From: Candidatus Saccharimonadota bacterium
Lineage (GTDB): Bacteria > Patescibacteriota > Saccharimonadia > Saccharimonadales > SLHW01
DNA length: 64,000 nucleotides
Assembly (NCBI GenBank): GCA_024635455.1
Contig: JAGXIU010000002.1
Coordinates: 108,309 to 172,308 of the forward strand
Direction of reading: 5' to 3'
The notes under the pieces were generated by a model. It did not search any database, was not told the DNA's origin, and saw only the letters and a program-made list of their open reading frames with translations. The position numbers and the translations under genes were made by a program. Below, in pieces: positions 62,617 through 64,000 of this stretch; position 1 is the stretch's first letter; the number at the start of each line of letters is the position of its first letter.

Positions 62617-64000
62617 CTATTTGGCGCCGATGCCACCGATGACTGCGCGGATAGTGCGGAAGAGGATGCTGATGTCGAGCCAAAAACTCCAGTTCTGCAC
62701 ATAGTAGATATCAAGCCGTCTACGTTCCTCGAAGTCGATATCACGCCGACCAGATATCTGTGCGAGCCCAGTTATGCCAGACTTTACGCTTAGAATGGCA
62801 TGGCGCTTAGCGTAAGACTTGAGCTCGTCCGGTACGAGTGCACGTGGCCCAACAAGGCTTAAGTCGCCTTTAATGACATTAAGTAGCTGGGGTAGCTCAT
62901 CTAGACTAGTCTTACGTAAAAGTCGCCCAACGAACGTAATGCGCGGGTCATTCACTAAGAAGTCGCCGTTTTTGCGGTAGGTATTTGCAAGTTTTGGCTT
63001 GCCCATCTTGGCGAAGGCTTCCTCTGGCGAAAGACCGTTATAAGCGGCTTTCATGGTGCGGAACTTAAATACCTTAAACGAAATGTTAAACCGCGTTAGT
63101 CTCGTTTGGCGGAACAGGACTGGCCCTCGCGGGTCAGACAGCTTAATGATAAGCGCAATCAGGAGCAGGACAGGTGAGCTGATAAGTAAGATAATGATAC
63201 TAGCGAAGAAATCAAATAACCGCTTAATGATGCGCCCCCAGCCAGTCAAGGATGTTTGCGAAACAGCAACCATTGGTACACCAGAGAAAAGCTCGACGCT
63301 AATATCACCGACAAACAAGTCACTGTTGCCAGGTACAAACCTGTATGCGGTGTGGTTTTCTTGTGAGTATAGTAAAATCTCGTTGTTTTTTGCTGTACTT
63401 CCAAATAACTCGGTTTGAATAATGCTTTGGATTGGCTCCTGTAGTTTGTTGATAGCTTCTTGGAACGAATCATATCGCGGTATACCTCGTACTTTATAAC
63501 CAACGGTAGCAATAACTCGTTGGCCAGTGTGGGTTGTATTACTGAGCGCTTGGGCAATATGTTCGGTGCTCGTAGTATTACCCACCAACAAGACATTGCT
63601 CACCCCTACGTCTAATCGGAATAACGCATGACGAATAACCCGAGCGATCGAGCGGAATAATACTAAAAAGCCAAAGCCGAGCAGTGCTCCGTAGACGGGA
63701 ACAAAGCGACCAGGGAATAAGTCAATCGATAGATTAAAGAAGTCGTAACTGAGCACCGCCATGATGCCAATAACGGAGCCTATCAAGAGCCGGCCAAGCT
63801 CGGCAAAGCGACGATCATAGACGGAATGCGCATACAGCCCAATAAGCGCGTGAATGGCAATCCATATCGGCAATGTACTGATAATAGCAATAGCGTAGGT
63901 AGTACCAGCGATAGGTGAGCTCCCCTCAATCTCTAAAATACGGAAGCGCAGAATATACGATGCAATGAATGCAGCAGTTAATGCTGCGAAATCTCCGACT
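62617..64000 (-). CDS. Polyprenyl-phosphate glycosyl-1-phosphate transferase (WbaP-type initiating enzyme), 5' end outside the window
   Basis: Motifs are [35 protein letters not shown] and [22 protein letters not shown] read the frame by hand and it stays open from 63873 to the window edge. Confidence 0.85.
   Translation of the reverse strand, partial: VGDFAALTAAFIASYILRFRILEIEGSSPIAGTTYAIAIISTLPIWIAIHALIGLYAHSVYDRRFAELGRLLIGSVIGIMAVLSYDFFNLSIDLFPGRFVPVYGALLGFGFLVLFRSIARVIRHALFRLDVGVSNVLLVGNTTSTEHIAQALSNTTHTGQRVIATVGYKVRGIPRYDSFQEAINKLQEPIQSIIQTELFGSTAKNNEILLYSQENHTAYRFVPGNSDLFVGDISVELFSGVPMVAVSQTSLTGWGRIIKRLFDFFASIIILLISSPVLLLIALIIKLSDPRGPVLFRQTRLTRFNISFKVFKFRTMKAAYNGLSPEEAFAKMGKPKLANTYRKNGDFLVNDPRITFVGRLLRKTSLDELPQLLNVIKGDLSLVGPRALVPDELKSYAKRHAILSVKSGITGLAQISGRRDIDFEERRRLDIYYVQNWSFWLDISILFRTIRAVIGGIGAK

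Noticed and set aside
1-64000. Alternative genetic code (UGA recoded, as in some CPR lineages)
   Set aside because: TGA functions as a stop at several well-defined coupled junctions (10798, 11976, 12932, 19452 and 62498). Known proteins end at the expected lengths, so the standard code fits.
1-64000. Search for tRNA, rRNA, tmRNA, SRP RNA and RNase P RNA in all spacers longer than 60 nt
   Set aside because: I found no cloverleaf-compatible sequence or conserved cores (GGTTCGAATCC-type T-arm, GAGGAAAGTCC of RNase P RNA). I scanned by eye only, so a covariance-model scan could still find something.

Overview
This 64-kb window spans the chromosomal replication origin of a compact, gene-dense bacterial genome. 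It uses the standard genetic code, with TGA acting as a stop. The core block is recF-dnaN-dnaA on the minus strand and rpmH-rnpA-yidC-jag on the plus strand, with DnaA-box clusters on both sides of dnaA. Left of the origin (61-13581) is a translationally coupled type IV secretion-like locus. It encodes a VirB6-like protein, a PrgI/VirB3-like protein, a VirB4 ATPase, VanY/M15 and M23 cell-wall hydrolases and several bitopic proteins. No coupling protein or relaxase is visible. A large surface protein ending in a VirB2/T4SS-pilin-like helical hairpin is encoded separately at 55277-56992. Right of the origin (23-64 kb) is one very large cell-envelope glycan region. It holds a full fructose-6-P -> GDP-mannose -> GDP-D-rhamnose route: PMI cupin, PMM-like HAD, two ManC paralogues, Gmd and an Rmd-like reductase. 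It also holds a Wzm/Wzt ABC exporter with a Wzt carbohydrate-binding tail, an FkbM methyltransferase with a coiled coil, at least six glycosyltransferases, O-antigen-ligase-like and GT-C-like membrane proteins, UDP-glucose dehydrogenase and a WbaP-type initiating phosphotransferase that runs off the window. The most unusual part is a self-contained sulfation module: an SLC13 anion transporter, CysQ, a fused ATP sulfurylase/APS kinase, two sulfotransferases and a flippase-like protein. Also present are a 1036-aa secreted lysozyme-like/Ig-repeat protein with 104-bp perfect internal repeats, a secreted SGNH hydrolase, and a RAYT/IS200-like Y1 transposase bracketed by identical 36-bp hairpin repeats. 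Many first genes have a -10 box 6-9 nt before the start codon and no Shine-Dalgarno, which is a leaderless architecture. The content suggests a Patescibacteria/CPR (Saccharibacteria-like) epibiont, but this is inference only because no database search was possible. I recognised no rRNA, tRNA or CRISPR array.
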